This document shows, one piece after another, positions 9,795 to 19,549 of a stretch of 64,000 bases of DNA. Source of the stretch: a virus (lineage: Duplodnaviria > Caudoviricetes); the IMG/VR virus record IMGVR_UViG_3300031867_000018, positions 1-64,000 of that record, one strand, 5' to 3'. The notes under the pieces were generated by a model, which worked only from the letters and a program-made list of their open reading frames with translations, was not told where the DNA came from and made no database searches. Position 1 is the first letter of the stretch, and every line of letters begins with the position of its first letter. A program made the translations under genes and the position numbers.

Positions 9795-11015
9795 ATGGGT
9801 AAAACCCTATTTTTTGATACTTGTGCTTTACTGAATGTTCAAGAAAAAGCATTTGGACAGCATTTTGTAATTGCACAGAAAACTTTGAAAGAACTTGAAA
9901 ATATTAAGACTTCCCGTAATAAAGATGTCGATATAAAGCGTAAAGCCAACACATTGACACATCTACTGGATAAAAATTATGGTAAATACACCGTTGAAAT
10001 AGGTTGGTTTTCTGAAAATATCGAGGATAACCTAATTCCCGATAATGAAATTATGCTTGCAGCTAAATCTTATATGGAAGATACAAAAGAAGATATAATA
10101 TTTGTATCGGACGATATAGCCTGTAAAAATTTAGCAAGAAATGTTTTCGGGTTTGAGTGTGTGGGGTCTGCTGAATTGTTTGGTAATAGTATTGACAGAT
10201 ATAAAGGCTATAAAGAAGTGACACTCAGTGATGAACAGTTAAGCGAGTTTTACTCAAACATTTCAGTTAATACATACGATTGTTTGACTAATGAATATTT
10301 TATAATCAAGAACTCGGTGGGTGAAACTATAGACACTCAAAAATGGAACGGGACGGGATATGTTGCCGTAACACCTAAAACATTCAAATCAAGCGAAATG
10401 GGAAATATTAAACCTTTAGACGAAATACAGACTTGTGCTATGGATTCGTTGGTAAACAACGAAATATCTGTATTTTATGGCAGGTCTGGATCAGGCAAAA
10501 CTACCCTGCCTCTTGCTTATGCAATGGCAGAAATAGAGAAGCATAGATATGATAAACTTATCATCATATATTCTTATGAAACTCTTAAAGGTGCAAAGAC
10601 TTTAGGTTTTGAAAAAGGCGACCACACAACAAAGTTATTAAATTCAGCGTCTATAGGTAATATATTAGCTTCAAAATTCGGAGATATTACAGGTGTTGAA
10701 TACCTAATGGCAAAAGGTAAGCTTGAAATCTTGCCTACTGCAAATATTCGTGGTGTTGAGTTTAAAAACAGTGTTGTATTGGTAACGGAAGCCCAAAATC
10801 TTGATGTTTACACCCTCAAAACTATTATTCAGCGATGCAAAGACGGCTGCAAACAGATTTACGAGGGTGATATTATTGAGCAGAAAGATACGAATATATC
10901 AATGCTTGGTATGGACAGGCTTATAGAGGTATTCAAAGGGCATCCTTCTTTGGGATGTGTTAAATTAAAGAATAATTACAGAAGTCAGCTTAGTGAATTG
11001 GCTGATAAAATGTAA
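9795..11015 (+). CDS. phoH: PIN domain-PhoH ATPase fusion protein
   Basis: N-terminal FFDTCALL...ELENIK...DNEI...VSDD (PIN); GRSGSGKT, IRGVEF, TEAQN, EGDIIEQKD (PhoH). Confidence 0.88.
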   Translation: MGKTLFFDTCALLNVQEKAFGQHFVIAQKTLKELENIKTSRNKDVDIKRKANTLTHLLDKNYGKYTVEIGWFSENIEDNLIPDNEIMLAAKSYMEDTKEDIIFVSDDIACKNLARNVFGFECVGSAELFGNSIDRYKGYKEVTLSDEQLSEFYSNISVNTYDCLTNEYFIIKNSVGETIDTQKWNGTGYVAVTPKTFKSSEMGNIKPLDEIQTCAMDSLVNNEISVFYGRSGSGKTTLPLAYAMAEIEKHRYDKLIIIYSYETLKGAKTLGFEKGDHTTKLLNSASIGNILASKFGDITGVEYLMAKGKLEILPTANIRGVEFKNSVVLVTEAQNLDVYTLKTIIQRCKDGCKQIYEGDIIEQKDTNISMLGMDRLIEVFKGHPSLGCVKLKNNYRSQLSELADKM

Positions 11016-11035
11016 GTATGAAAGGATAGGTTCTT

Positions 11036-11650
11036 ATAGAATTATTACAGGTTGAAATGCCGCAGCATTTGGAAAATTTGCAGTTACCATCTCCTGAAAT
11101 GGTAAACTACTGGAGATTGGCAGAGCATAGAATTTTCTATATTGATTATGAAATAGATGAAACTGTTTTGGAAATTCAGAAGGCAATAATCGCAATAAAT
11201 ATTGCCGACAAAGATATGCCTATGGAAGATAGAATACCTATCAAGATATTCTTAAATACGCCCGGTGGGTTATTAGCTGAAACTTTTTCTCTTGCTACTA
11301 CAATTATAATGAGCAAGACAAAAGTTGTTACAGTAAATATCGGAGAAGCATATTCGGGTGGTTGTTTATTGTTGATCGCAGGACACGGCAGATATGCGTT
11401 CCCGTATTCCAAAGCAATGATACACACGGGTTCAGGCGGTGTTCAAGGTACATTTGAGCAGACTGAACAAGCACAGAAAAATTATAAGAAACAGATTGAA
11501 GAAATGGGAGCATACATACTTGAAAGAACGCAGATGGACGAAAAGATTTACAAGCGTAACAAGGCTAAAGACTGGTATCTTGATGGGGAAGAACAGGTCA
11601 AGTATGGTATTGTTTCTAAAATCGTTACGGATTTAGACGAAATAATATAA
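11036..11650 (+). CDS. clpP: ClpP-family protease subunit
   Basis: IFLNTPGG, AYSGG (Ser), MIHTG (His), KDWY (Asp); start may be ATA 11036 or ATG 11057. Confidence 0.9.
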   Translation: MELLQVEMPQHLENLQLPSPEMVNYWRLAEHRIFYIDYEIDETVLEIQKAIIAINIADKDMPMEDRIPIKIFLNTPGGLLAETFSLATTIIMSKTKVVTVNIGEAYSGGCLLLIAGHGRYAFPYSKAMIHTGSGGVQGTFEQTEQAQKNYKKQIEEMGAYILERTQMDEKIYKRNKAKDWYLDGEEQVKYGIVSKIVTDLDEII

Positions 11651-11656
11651 TTTTCA

Positions 11657-11681
11657 AGGGCGGGTTATCCTGCCTTTTTTT
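11657..11681 (+). terminator. Intrinsic terminator
   Basis: agggcggg-ttat-cctgcct followed by a T run. Confidence 0.7.
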
Positions 11682-11704
11682 AGTCGGAACGAAAGGGAGA
11701 TTTT

Positions 11705-11914
11705 ATGTCAAAGAATTGCAAATATATAAAGACAACAACAGAAGCGGTAAGTATCAAGGGTGTATTATCTAATAATCTTGACACTATCACTGTAGAAGAT
11801 AAAGATGAGGATTTTGAGGTTTCATTAAGTGATTATCTCAAAAATTTTACGGGTAAAGCAATAAGCGTATCTGTCAAAACGCAGTCCGATGAAGATTTGG
11901 ACAATGTTGAGTAA
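11705..11914 (+). CDS. Small protein (YonK-like by position and size)
   Basis: Acidic 69-aa ORF directly before the phosphoesterase, as in SPbeta-type order. Confidence 0.55.
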   Translation: MSKNCKYIKTTTEAVSIKGVLSNNLDTITVEDKDEDFEVSLSDYLKNFTGKAISVSVKTQSDEDLDNVE

Positions 11915-11919
11915 AGGAG

Positions 11920-13101
11920 TTGTTTACGATAGACAACCATGATTTTTTAAAACAACAACTTGATTTATTGTTACAGAAACAGACTGACCCAACACTTGAA
12001 TGGCAGGACATTACAGATTTTAGGGCTGAATATTTAGGTAAAGGTGAACACAGAGATAGTGTACGCAAGGGGTTCCTCTTATTGAAGGACTACATTAGTG
12101 CAGGATGGGTGAAAGACCCAACCGAAACATTATCCGACAACACTGAATTGGACGAAGATTATATCAAACTAAAAAAAGAGCGGCAAAAACTTTCGGATTC
12201 GAGAGTTGAGTATAATCGTGTAATAAGACAAGAAGCCCGAAAGGAATCATTTGTGGATTTAGTCAAAGAAACTATTTGCCGTAATCTTGAACCGATTAAG
12301 TTTTCGTATAATCAAAAAGTGATAAATTCGTATAATTCTAAAGACCTACTCATTAGTTTGTCTGATTTACACACGGGTATTGTTATTGATTCATTTACTA
12401 ATCAATTTAACGAAACGATTCTATCTCAGCGAATAGGTAACTATGTAGACAAGATAATTGATATTCAGAAAACTCATAGAGTTGAAAACGCCTATATTGT
12501 TATTGGAGAATTAGTTTCGGGGATTATCCACGATAATCTGCGTTTACAAAACAATATGGATTTAATGGAACAATTCAAATATGCTTGCGAGATAATCTCT
12601 GCTATGTTAACGGTATTGTCGGATTATTTCGTTAATATCTATGTTTACACTACTCCCGGCAACCACTCTCGTATTGTACCACAGAAAGAAAAATCGCTTG
12701 CTAAAGAAAATATAGATTTATTGGCGCCGTTCTATTTAAAGGCAAGGTTACAGAATTATAATAATATTGTTATCTGTGATAATGATATTGACCCTATGAT
12801 AGCAATTTTTGATATTCGGGGAAATAAGGTAGTTAGCGTCCACGGAGATAAAGACAGTCCCGATACTGTTGTACAGAATATGACGTTATTTTTGAGACAG
12901 CAGATAGATATAGTTCTGTTGGGTCACAGACATACAAACGGATTCAAGACGATAAATGACACAAAGATTTTACAGGCTGGTTGTTGCAGTGCTGATGATA
13001 GCTATGCAAATGATTTAAGAAAGCGTAATCGTCCGGAGCAAATCGTGGCGGTTATAGATGAAAACGGAATAGATTGTCTGTATGATGTACAGATAGACTA
13101 A
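11920..13101 (+). CDS. Calcineurin-like metallophosphoesterase (YonJ-like)
   Basis: SDLHTG, PGNHSR, VHGD, LGHRH motifs. Confidence 0.85.
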   Translation: MFTIDNHDFLKQQLDLLLQKQTDPTLEWQDITDFRAEYLGKGEHRDSVRKGFLLLKDYISAGWVKDPTETLSDNTELDEDYIKLKKERQKLSDSRVEYNRVIRQEARKESFVDLVKETICRNLEPIKFSYNQKVINSYNSKDLLISLSDLHTGIVIDSFTNQFNETILSQRIGNYVDKIIDIQKTHRVENAYIVIGELVSGIIHDNLRLQNNMDLMEQFKYACEIISAMLTVLSDYFVNIYVYTTPGNHSRIVPQKEKSLAKENIDLLAPFYLKARLQNYNNIVICDNDIDPMIAIFDIRGNKVVSVHGDKDSPDTVVQNMTLFLRQQIDIVLLGHRHTNGFKTINDTKILQAGCCSADDSYANDLRKRNRPEQIVAVIDENGIDCLYDVQID

Positions 13102-13147
13102 TCGGAAAGAAAAAATTAATCGTAATGTATAAAAGGAGAATATTATT

Positions 13148-13435
13148 ATGACAAAGAAAAAACTTATTAAGGCTATTGCCACGGAAACAAACATAACACA
13201 GAAGGATATTACAGCAGTTCTTGACACTTTAAAAGCTGTTGTTGTAGATACAGTACAGAATGGCGAAGATGTAAAAATTGCGGATTTCGTAAACTTTTCT
13301 GTAAAGGAAGTCCCTGAAAGAAGCGGTATTACACAGCTTGGCAAAAATAAGGGTAAAAAGTGGGTTAAACCTGCTCATAAGGAAGTGAAAGTTAAATTGT
13401 CTAAATCGGTAAAAAATTGCTTAATAGGTGAATAA
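13148..13435 (+). CDS. hup: HU family DNA-binding protein
   Basis: MTKKKLIKAIA...GEDVKIADFVNFSVKEVPERSG...PAHKEVKVKLSKSVK. Confidence 0.9.
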   Translation: MTKKKLIKAIATETNITQKDITAVLDTLKAVVVDTVQNGEDVKIADFVNFSVKEVPERSGITQLGKNKGKKWVKPAHKEVKVKLSKSVKNCLIGE

Positions 13436-13748
13436 TATGATTAAAAAACTGATCATCGAAGATGAAAACGAATTAGCGTATCTAATGGATGTTGATATTT
13501 CTATATATGAGGTAGTAACAGTCATTGCCAAATATGGCGATGCTCAAAAGATAGTTAAATCTCTGTTAAAATCTGATACTGCAACACTAAAAGATGTTTC
13601 TTTGACTTGTCCTGATTTTAACGAGTATGGCGATGAGTATATTATCACTTATGATAATCAAAGAGATATTTATTGTGAACCGATGATAAGAGATAGAAAA
13701 AGAGGATATATTGGTTTCGACTCAGACCATACCTATATATTTGACTAA
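13428..13748 (+). CDS. Hypothetical protein, probably truncated at its 3' end
   Basis: Overlaps HU stop; runs directly into the recombinase fragment. Confidence 0.55.
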   Translation: MNNMIKKLIIEDENELAYLMDVDISIYEVVTVIAKYGDAQKIVKSLLKSDTATLKDVSLTCPDFNEYGDEYIITYDNQRDIYCEPMIRDRKRGYIGFDSDHTYIFD

Positions 13749-14001
13749 TGGGACTAAAGAAGGTATTTCACAAGCAACATTAAACGACTGGGCGCATAAA
13801 GTGGGCGCAATGATTGATATACCTGAATTTCATCCACATGATTTTCGTCATAGTGGCGCAAATTTGCTAAAAGATAACGGTTGCCCGTTAGAAACAGTTT
13901 CATCTTTATTAAATCATTTAAGCACAGATGTCACAAAACGCTTCTACCTGCGCGAGAATAGCCGACAAATCCGTAACCTCAAAGACCAATTTGAAATATA
14001 A
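13749..14001 (+). pseudogene. C-terminal fragment of a tyrosine recombinase
   Basis: HPHDFRHSGA...SSLLNHLSTDVTKRFY (HxxR, H, Y); the N-terminal part including the first catalytic Arg is absent. Confidence 0.8.
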
Positions 14002-14013
14002 AGGAGACCAATT

Positions 14014-14292
14014 ATGAAATACTCAATCCAAATCCGCAAAGAATCCACCCTCACTACCCCACTTTGGACAGACTACGGATCAACAACAACCGTAGACAAC
14101 ACAACCTCATTTATCCCCTACTCTACAGAGGATATCTCAGAATTACAAGATAAACTGAAAGAATTAGATAAAATATATGGCTACGAAAATATTCGTGCCA
14201 TTGCAGTTCCTGACTTCAATGTCGAAATAACAATCCTTCAAGAGACAGAAAACGAATCAAATGAGGATAACAGTCCGCAAACAGATCCATAA
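14014..14292 (+). CDS. Hypothetical protein
   Basis: 92-aa ORF, RBS aaggag. Confidence 0.6.
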   Translation: MKYSIQIRKESTLTTPLWTDYGSTTTVDNTTSFIPYSTEDISELQDKLKELDKIYGYENIRAIAVPDFNVEITILQETENESNEDNSPQTDP

Positions 14293-14340
14293 TGTTCTGT
14301 TATTTTTTTGAAAAAAATTTCAGAAAGGAGGCAAGAAAGT

Positions 14341-14769
14341 ATGATTTCAGTTCTAAAAATGGGAGATAAACCATGTACAAGTTTTGTTGAATTAGTGGCG
14401 ACATCTACAGATGAAAAACCGATCGGTAAATACAACGATGTATACATTGCCAATGGCAGTATTTTAAAAGAAATTGATACAGGTCGGGAATATGTATACA
14501 ACGAAGAGGGAACTGTTTGGATTTTAAAAAATAGTGGTGGCGGTGGCGGTGGTGGCGGTTCAAATAACTATGAAAACTTAACTAACAAGCCACAAATAAA
14601 CGGCGTTACACTCGTAGGAAATAAAACTTTAGATAGTTTAGGCATAGCAACTGCAACAGAGGTAGAAACAGTGACGGAGGAATTAAATTCTAAGATAGAT
14701 ACTGTTGAAGAACAGCTAAACACTAAAGTTACGGCACAGGTTGTAGGAGAGACGCTCTCTCTAATATAA
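14341..14769 (+). CDS. Virion fibre/appendage-like protein with poly-Gly linker
   Basis: GGGGGGG-SNNYENLTNKPQINGVTLVGNKT motif seen in phage fibre proteins; ATG 14341 after gaaaggagg. Confidence 0.55.
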   Translation: MISVLKMGDKPCTSFVELVATSTDEKPIGKYNDVYIANGSILKEIDTGREYVYNEEGTVWILKNSGGGGGGGGSNNYENLTNKPQINGVTLVGNKTLDSLGIATATEVETVTEELNSKIDTVEEQLNTKVTAQVVGETLSLI

Positions 14770-14816
14770 CAAAAATAAAATACAAAAACTGTAAAAGTTT
14801 ATAGGAGGAAAAAATT

Positions 14817-15689
14817 ATGGCAGATATTGCAAAACTTACGGTAAATGGTTCAACGTATGACATTAAGGACGCAGGCGCGCGAGAACTTATTGCGGCAATC
14901 AATAATTGGTCTTATGTGGTATGTTCTTCGGCAGCAAATACACCCGAAGATGTTCAATGGGATTCTTCCGGTACAACAATAACGGGTACTCTTGTAGCTT
15001 CGGCTGACACTATGTATGAGATTTATTTAGTACCATCTACAAACGGTACAAATGACGCTTTTGACGAATATATAACAGTAACTCCATCAAGCGGTACATA
15101 TAAGTGGGAAATGTTCGGAAATACAGATGTACATCTTTCTGACTTAGGCGACCTTGCTTACAAAGACAATGCAAGTGCAACATACACGCCAGAGGGTACG
15201 GTATCGCAGCCGACTTTTTCAGGGACTCAGGGCAGCGTAAGCGTAACAGGTACTCCTGCAGGTACTGTTTCACAGCCTACATTCACAGGTGCAGAGGGAA
15301 ATTTAAGCGTGTCGGGTACACCTGAGGGAACAGTTTCACAGCCAACAGCAGAAGTGACACCAACAACAGCTACTATCGGACAGATAACAGCAGTAGGTAC
15401 GCTTCCGTCAATGACATATGACAGCACAACGGAAACACTTACTTTTGCGGCGGGTACGCTTCCAACAGCGGCAGATGTAACCGTAATGACGGGTGCAAGC
15501 GTAACGGTATCACAGCCAACATTCAGCGGTAGTGCATTAACTTCAACTGGTACTTTCACGCCAAGCGGAACAGTGTCACAGCCAACATTCAGCGGCGAAT
15601 CACTTACATCAAGCGGAAACTTTACGCCAGAGGGTACGGTATCGCAGCCTACATTTGCAGGTACAGAAGCAACAATAACTGTGTCTTGA
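14817..15689 (+). CDS. Thr/Ser/Gly-rich repeat fibre-like protein
   Basis: Six (G)TVSQPT(F) repeats; N-terminal TYDIKDAGAR. Confidence 0.65.
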   Translation: MADIAKLTVNGSTYDIKDAGARELIAAINNWSYVVCSSAANTPEDVQWDSSGTTITGTLVASADTMYEIYLVPSTNGTNDAFDEYITVTPSSGTYKWEMFGNTDVHLSDLGDLAYKDNASATYTPEGTVSQPTFSGTQGSVSVTGTPAGTVSQPTFTGAEGNLSVSGTPEGTVSQPTAEVTPTTATIGQITAVGTLPSMTYDSTTETLTFAAGTLPTAADVTVMTGASVTVSQPTFSGSALTSTGTFTPSGTVSQPTFSGESLTSSGNFTPEGTVSQPTFAGTEATITVS

Positions 15690-15738
15690 TAATATCCCCT
15701 CCTTGCGGGGGGTGTATTCAGGAAGGAGTGATTGAAAA

Positions 15739-16869
15739 ATGGCGAATGTAAGCAATTTAAACAATGGAACAACAAGTTATACAGTTCGAGATGCACAAGC
15801 GGAAGCTTTGCTGGTGGATAATGCAAGCAAGAATTTATTAAAACTTTCCGTAAAGAGTCAAACCATGGCGGGCTTAACGTTATCGGTTGATGATGGAACT
15901 ATAAGAATTAATGGAACAGCATCTAATACTCTTTTATTAATGATATCCGATATATCAAATCTTGAATTAAATAAAAATTACATTTTTACAGGTTGTGATG
16001 GAGGAGCTGTAGATACATATCGTTTGGACATTAGACCGATAGATGCGAGCAGTTATGATTATATTTTAATAGATGGAAGTATCGATATTGTGCACCGTCA
16101 AAATTACAATGCGGTTTTTCTGCGAGTTGAACAAGGATTAACATTAAACAATGTTTCTCTTAGACCAATGATACGCAAAGCTGAAATCACAGACTCAACC
16201 TTTGAACCGTATTATCGCACTCAAAAACAGCTTGATGCAGATTTATCTACTGTGGAAACATATACAAATACTATTAAAAATAATATTACCGTAGGTAAAC
16301 CTTATGTTTTTTCTCCTATGTCGCAGGCAACCATACAAGATGAAAGCGTGGTAATAAACGCAACTAATACTAACGGAAACATTAACTGCACGGCAAAAAA
16401 TCAAATAAATCTAACTGGTTCAAAAGGCGTAACAGTATATAGCGGTTCTGACATTTCTTCTAATATACAGCTATATACGAATTATACTTTAAAACCAAAA
16501 ATTACATTAGATTCAAGAGGGATAGAAATTTATGGTGGGACAGGGACAGACATTCCATCAGCGGTAAAAATAAGAGCAAGTAATAATAATGTTTCTTCAA
16601 GTAGTAATAGTATATCACTTTATGCTAATGGTGGATTTGTTGGTCTGAATAACGGCACAAATTCTATAGCAGTAGACATTGAGGGAGCCAAAATAAATGC
16701 TGATGAAATTTATGTAAAGTTTTCTGGAATGTCTTCTCAAATAACATTGAAAGAATATATAGAACTTGTAGTTAATCAAGCTATATCAGCAGGTTTCTTT
16801 CCGGGTGCTTCAACAATAATGTATCCGACTGTTGAGGAAGAAATTGAAAAACCGGATGTAGGAAATTAA
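15739..16869 (+). CDS. Fibre/spike-like structural protein
   Basis: N-terminal SYTVRDAQA, KNLL...DDGTIRINGTA...FEPY, beta-rich C-terminus. Confidence 0.55.
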   Translation: MANVSNLNNGTTSYTVRDAQAEALLVDNASKNLLKLSVKSQTMAGLTLSVDDGTIRINGTASNTLLLMISDISNLELNKNYIFTGCDGGAVDTYRLDIRPIDASSYDYILIDGSIDIVHRQNYNAVFLRVEQGLTLNNVSLRPMIRKAEITDSTFEPYYRTQKQLDADLSTVETYTNTIKNNITVGKPYVFSPMSQATIQDESVVINATNTNGNINCTAKNQINLTGSKGVTVYSGSDISSNIQLYTNYTLKPKITLDSRGIEIYGGTGTDIPSAVKIRASNNNVSSSSNSISLYANGGFVGLNNGTNSIAVDIEGAKINADEIYVKFSGMSSQITLKEYIELVVNQAISAGFFPGASTIMYPTVEEEIEKPDVGN

Positions 16870-16888
16870 AACAAGGAGGGCAAAACAT

Positions 16889-17647
16889 ATGAATTTCAAA
16901 GATTACGCTTTGGGTTGTTATAGAGATATTCCTGATGATAGAGATTATGTATTTGCCCCATTAAAGGCGGCAAATACACAATTTCCGCAAAATTTCAAAC
17001 TCCACGAAACAAGAGTAAAAAATCAGGGCAACATAAATTCTTGTGTTGCCCACTCATTATCAACTATCAAAGAAATACAAGAATATTATGAAACAGGCAA
17101 GAATTTGATTTTCTCTGTTGGTTGGATATATGGATATCGTGTGGATAACCAATTTAAAGGAGAAGGTATGTACCCAAGAGAAGCATTAAATAATTTAGTT
17201 AAATATGGGGATGTTCTGGAAAAGGACTTCCCCGAAAACCTTGAATATAATGATATACAAAAACTTATACAAAGGCGAAAAGTAGATTGCTTGGATAAAG
17301 GAAGAAACTACCGCTGTAAAGCATATGCGAAAGTAACTTCTGTTAATGATGTAAAAAGCTGTTTGTATATTAATCATTCTCCTGTTTTAATATCTTGTCA
17401 GATATATGATAATTTCTATGACACAGGGGCAAATGGTATAGTTGGTAATCCAAAAGGTAATGATAATGGCGGTCATGCTATGACTATTGTGGGGTGGCGG
17501 GCTATTGGAAATACTGAATATTGGATAGTTCAGAACTCTTGGGGCGTTGAATTTGCGGACAAAGGTTATTGCTATATTGATAAAGGGGCAAGGTTTATAA
17601 ATGAAGTGTATACTGTGGCAGACTTGGAAAATGTCGTAATGCCATAA
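16889..17647 (+). CDS. Papain-like (C1A) cysteine peptidase
   Basis: NQGNINSCVAH (Gln, Cys), GGHAMTIVGW (His), QNSWG (Asn). Confidence 0.9.
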   Translation: MNFKDYALGCYRDIPDDRDYVFAPLKAANTQFPQNFKLHETRVKNQGNINSCVAHSLSTIKEIQEYYETGKNLIFSVGWIYGYRVDNQFKGEGMYPREALNNLVKYGDVLEKDFPENLEYNDIQKLIQRRKVDCLDKGRNYRCKAYAKVTSVNDVKSCLYINHSPVLISCQIYDNFYDTGANGIVGNPKGNDNGGHAMTIVGWRAIGNTEYWIVQNSWGVEFADKGYCYIDKGARFINEVYTVADLENVVMP

Positions 17648-17649
17648 TG

Positions 17650-17715
17650 GTCAACCACCCCGACCTACGGCTAATGCCTTAGAGGTAGGAGACTTCTTGC
17701 TCTCGGTTCGTTAAA
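17650..17715 (-). mobile_element. Miniature IS200/IS605-type end remnant (PATE-like)
   Basis: Minus strand gagcaagaagtctcctacctct...gtaggtcggggtggttgac resembles the tnpB element right end gcaggaatctcccacttct...gtgggagaggttcaa at 34175-34221. Confidence 0.6.
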
Positions 17716-17736
17716 TTATTATAGAGGTGGTTTTTA

Positions 17737-18486
17737 ATGTATATAATAAAGCAATTTTTAACTCCTAATCCCTACTCCCGTCCTCAAATACCTTTAAAAA
17801 AAGTAACAAAGATTGCTCTACATTATGTAGGAAATGCTGGAAGTACAGCTCAAGGAAATAGAAATTATTTCAATAATTTGGCTAATACTCATACTACTTA
17901 TGCTTCTTCACATTATATTATAGGACTTGATGGGGAAATCATACAGTGTATTCCCGAAAACGAATGGGCATACTGCACTAATGATGCAAATAGCTATTCT
18001 ATAAGCATAGAAAATTGTCACCCGAAAACTGACGGGAAGTTTACGGATAAGACAAGACAGAGTTTAAAAGAATTATGTACGGATTTATGTAAAAGATATG
18101 GACTTAATCCTAAAACGGATTTGATTAGACATTACGATGTTAACGGGAAATGTTGCCCAAAATACTGGGTAGATCATCCTGATGATTTCATTAAATTCAA
18201 AAATGAAGTTTATACCTATATGAAGGAAAGTGAAATAGATATGGAAGAATTAAATAAATTATCTGCTCGTCTTACTGTTCTTGAGGAAAAAGTTAAAGCT
18301 CAGGAACAAGGCAAAGAGAAGGTTTTTGATAATATAAACGAAATTCCTGATTGGGGAAAAACAACTGTTAACAAGCTCGTTAAAAAAGGAGTAATTCAAG
18401 GAACAGGAACGGGTTTAAATATAAGCAACACTTTGCTCCGTCTATTAGTTATCAACGATCGAGCCGGAGTGTATGATACGTTTTAA
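17737..18486 (+). CDS. N-acetylmuramoyl-L-alanine amidase (Amidase_2) endolysin
   Basis: IALHYVG, ASSHYIIG, SISIENC, IRHYDVNGKCCP; C-terminal IPDWGK...LVKKGVIQG binding module. Confidence 0.9.
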   Translation: MYIIKQFLTPNPYSRPQIPLKKVTKIALHYVGNAGSTAQGNRNYFNNLANTHTTYASSHYIIGLDGEIIQCIPENEWAYCTNDANSYSISIENCHPKTDGKFTDKTRQSLKELCTDLCKRYGLNPKTDLIRHYDVNGKCCPKYWVDHPDDFIKFKNEVYTYMKESEIDMEELNKLSARLTVLEEKVKAQEQGKEKVFDNINEIPDWGKTTVNKLVKKGVIQGTGTGLNISNTLLRLLVINDRAGVYDTF

Positions 18487-18547
18487 ATAAAAATTGAATT
18501 TTATATAGTCGCCTTTGGCGGTTTTTTAGTTGAGAGGTGATATTTTG

Positions 18548-19549
18548 GCAAACGAAAAAGGCGGAAAAACACGAGATGAAGTAATTTACGAATCTATGCG
18601 TGAGCCGAAAAAAATAGATACCACTATTGACTTTCAAATCCCAAGAGCTACTACCCATAAAGGCGAAAATTTTACATATCATTGTACTTGTTGCGGTAAA
18701 GGCTATAATGCCCGCAAAACCAATTTTCAGAAAACAAGCAGTGTGTTATTTCAAGCCAACGAAGGTTATTTGCCGTGGTGTAAGGCTTGCACAGACAAGT
18801 TCTTTAATCTGTTAGTTGCGTTTTACAGCGGAAACGAAGAACACGCTATTGAACATTTTTGCCACACGGCAGACTGGGTATATGATATTGAGCCTTTAAA
18901 AGCGGCAAGGGAAATTTCGTCTGACAGAAGCCGAATATCGCATTATGCGGCTAAGAAAAATCTGAATGTGGGCGTGCGCAAAACTTATATAGATTCATTG
19001 AGATATGCGTATGAAAATAAATTAGACGATATTATTGAAAGCAAAGAACAAGTAAAAAATGCGGATAGCTCTGTTACTGCTTCTGCTATTGATAGGTGGG
19101 GTGTTGGTTTTACGGAAATGGATTATCGCAATCTTGACACACATTATAAGATGTTGAAGAAAAATAATCCTAATGCCGATAATAACCAAGAAATATTTAT
19201 CAAAGATTTATGCCACTTAAATATGCTGAAAACAAGAGCTTTACAGCAAGGTGACAGTAAGGAATTTGCAAATCTTACGGAACAGTACGCAAAAACATTT
19301 AAACAGGCAGGACTAAAAGCTATCGAAGAAAGGGATTCAAGCAACGACAATACATTTGGTGTAACTTTGGATTTGATGTCAAAATATACTCCCGAAGAGT
19401 TTTATCTTGATAAAAAGAAGTTTATGGATGAGGATAAGACGGGTGACTATGGAGGCAGATTTATTCTCCGTCCTTTGGTAAACCTATTAACAGGCAGCAA
19501 TATAAGAGATAAAGAATATTTCGTTCCCGAAGGTGATGATAATGAGTAG
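18548..19549 (+). CDS. Zn-finger protein preceding the terminase (possible small subunit)
   Basis: CTCCG...WCKAC; overlaps the large terminase gene; start approximate. Confidence 0.55.
   Translation, partial: ANEKGGKTRDEVIYESMREPKKIDTTIDFQIPRATTHKGENFTYHCTCCGKGYNARKTNFQKTSSVLFQANEGYLPWCKACTDKFFNLLVAFYSGNEEHAIEHFCHTADWVYDIEPLKAAREISSDRSRISHYAAKKNLNVGVRKTYIDSLRYAYENKLDDIIESKEQVKNADSSVTASAIDRWGVGFTEMDYRNLDTHYKMLKKNNPNADNNQEIFIKDLCHLNMLKTRALQQGDSKEFANLTEQYAKTFKQAGLKAIEERDSSNDNTFGVTLDLMSKYTPEEFYLDKKKFMDEDKTGDYGGRFILRPLVNLLTGSNIRDKEYFVPEGDDNE

Noticed and set aside
15227-15826. 199-aa antisense ORF
   Set aside because: Shadow of the repetitive + strand gene; the same applies to the many short antisense ORFs over the tape measure and other long genes.
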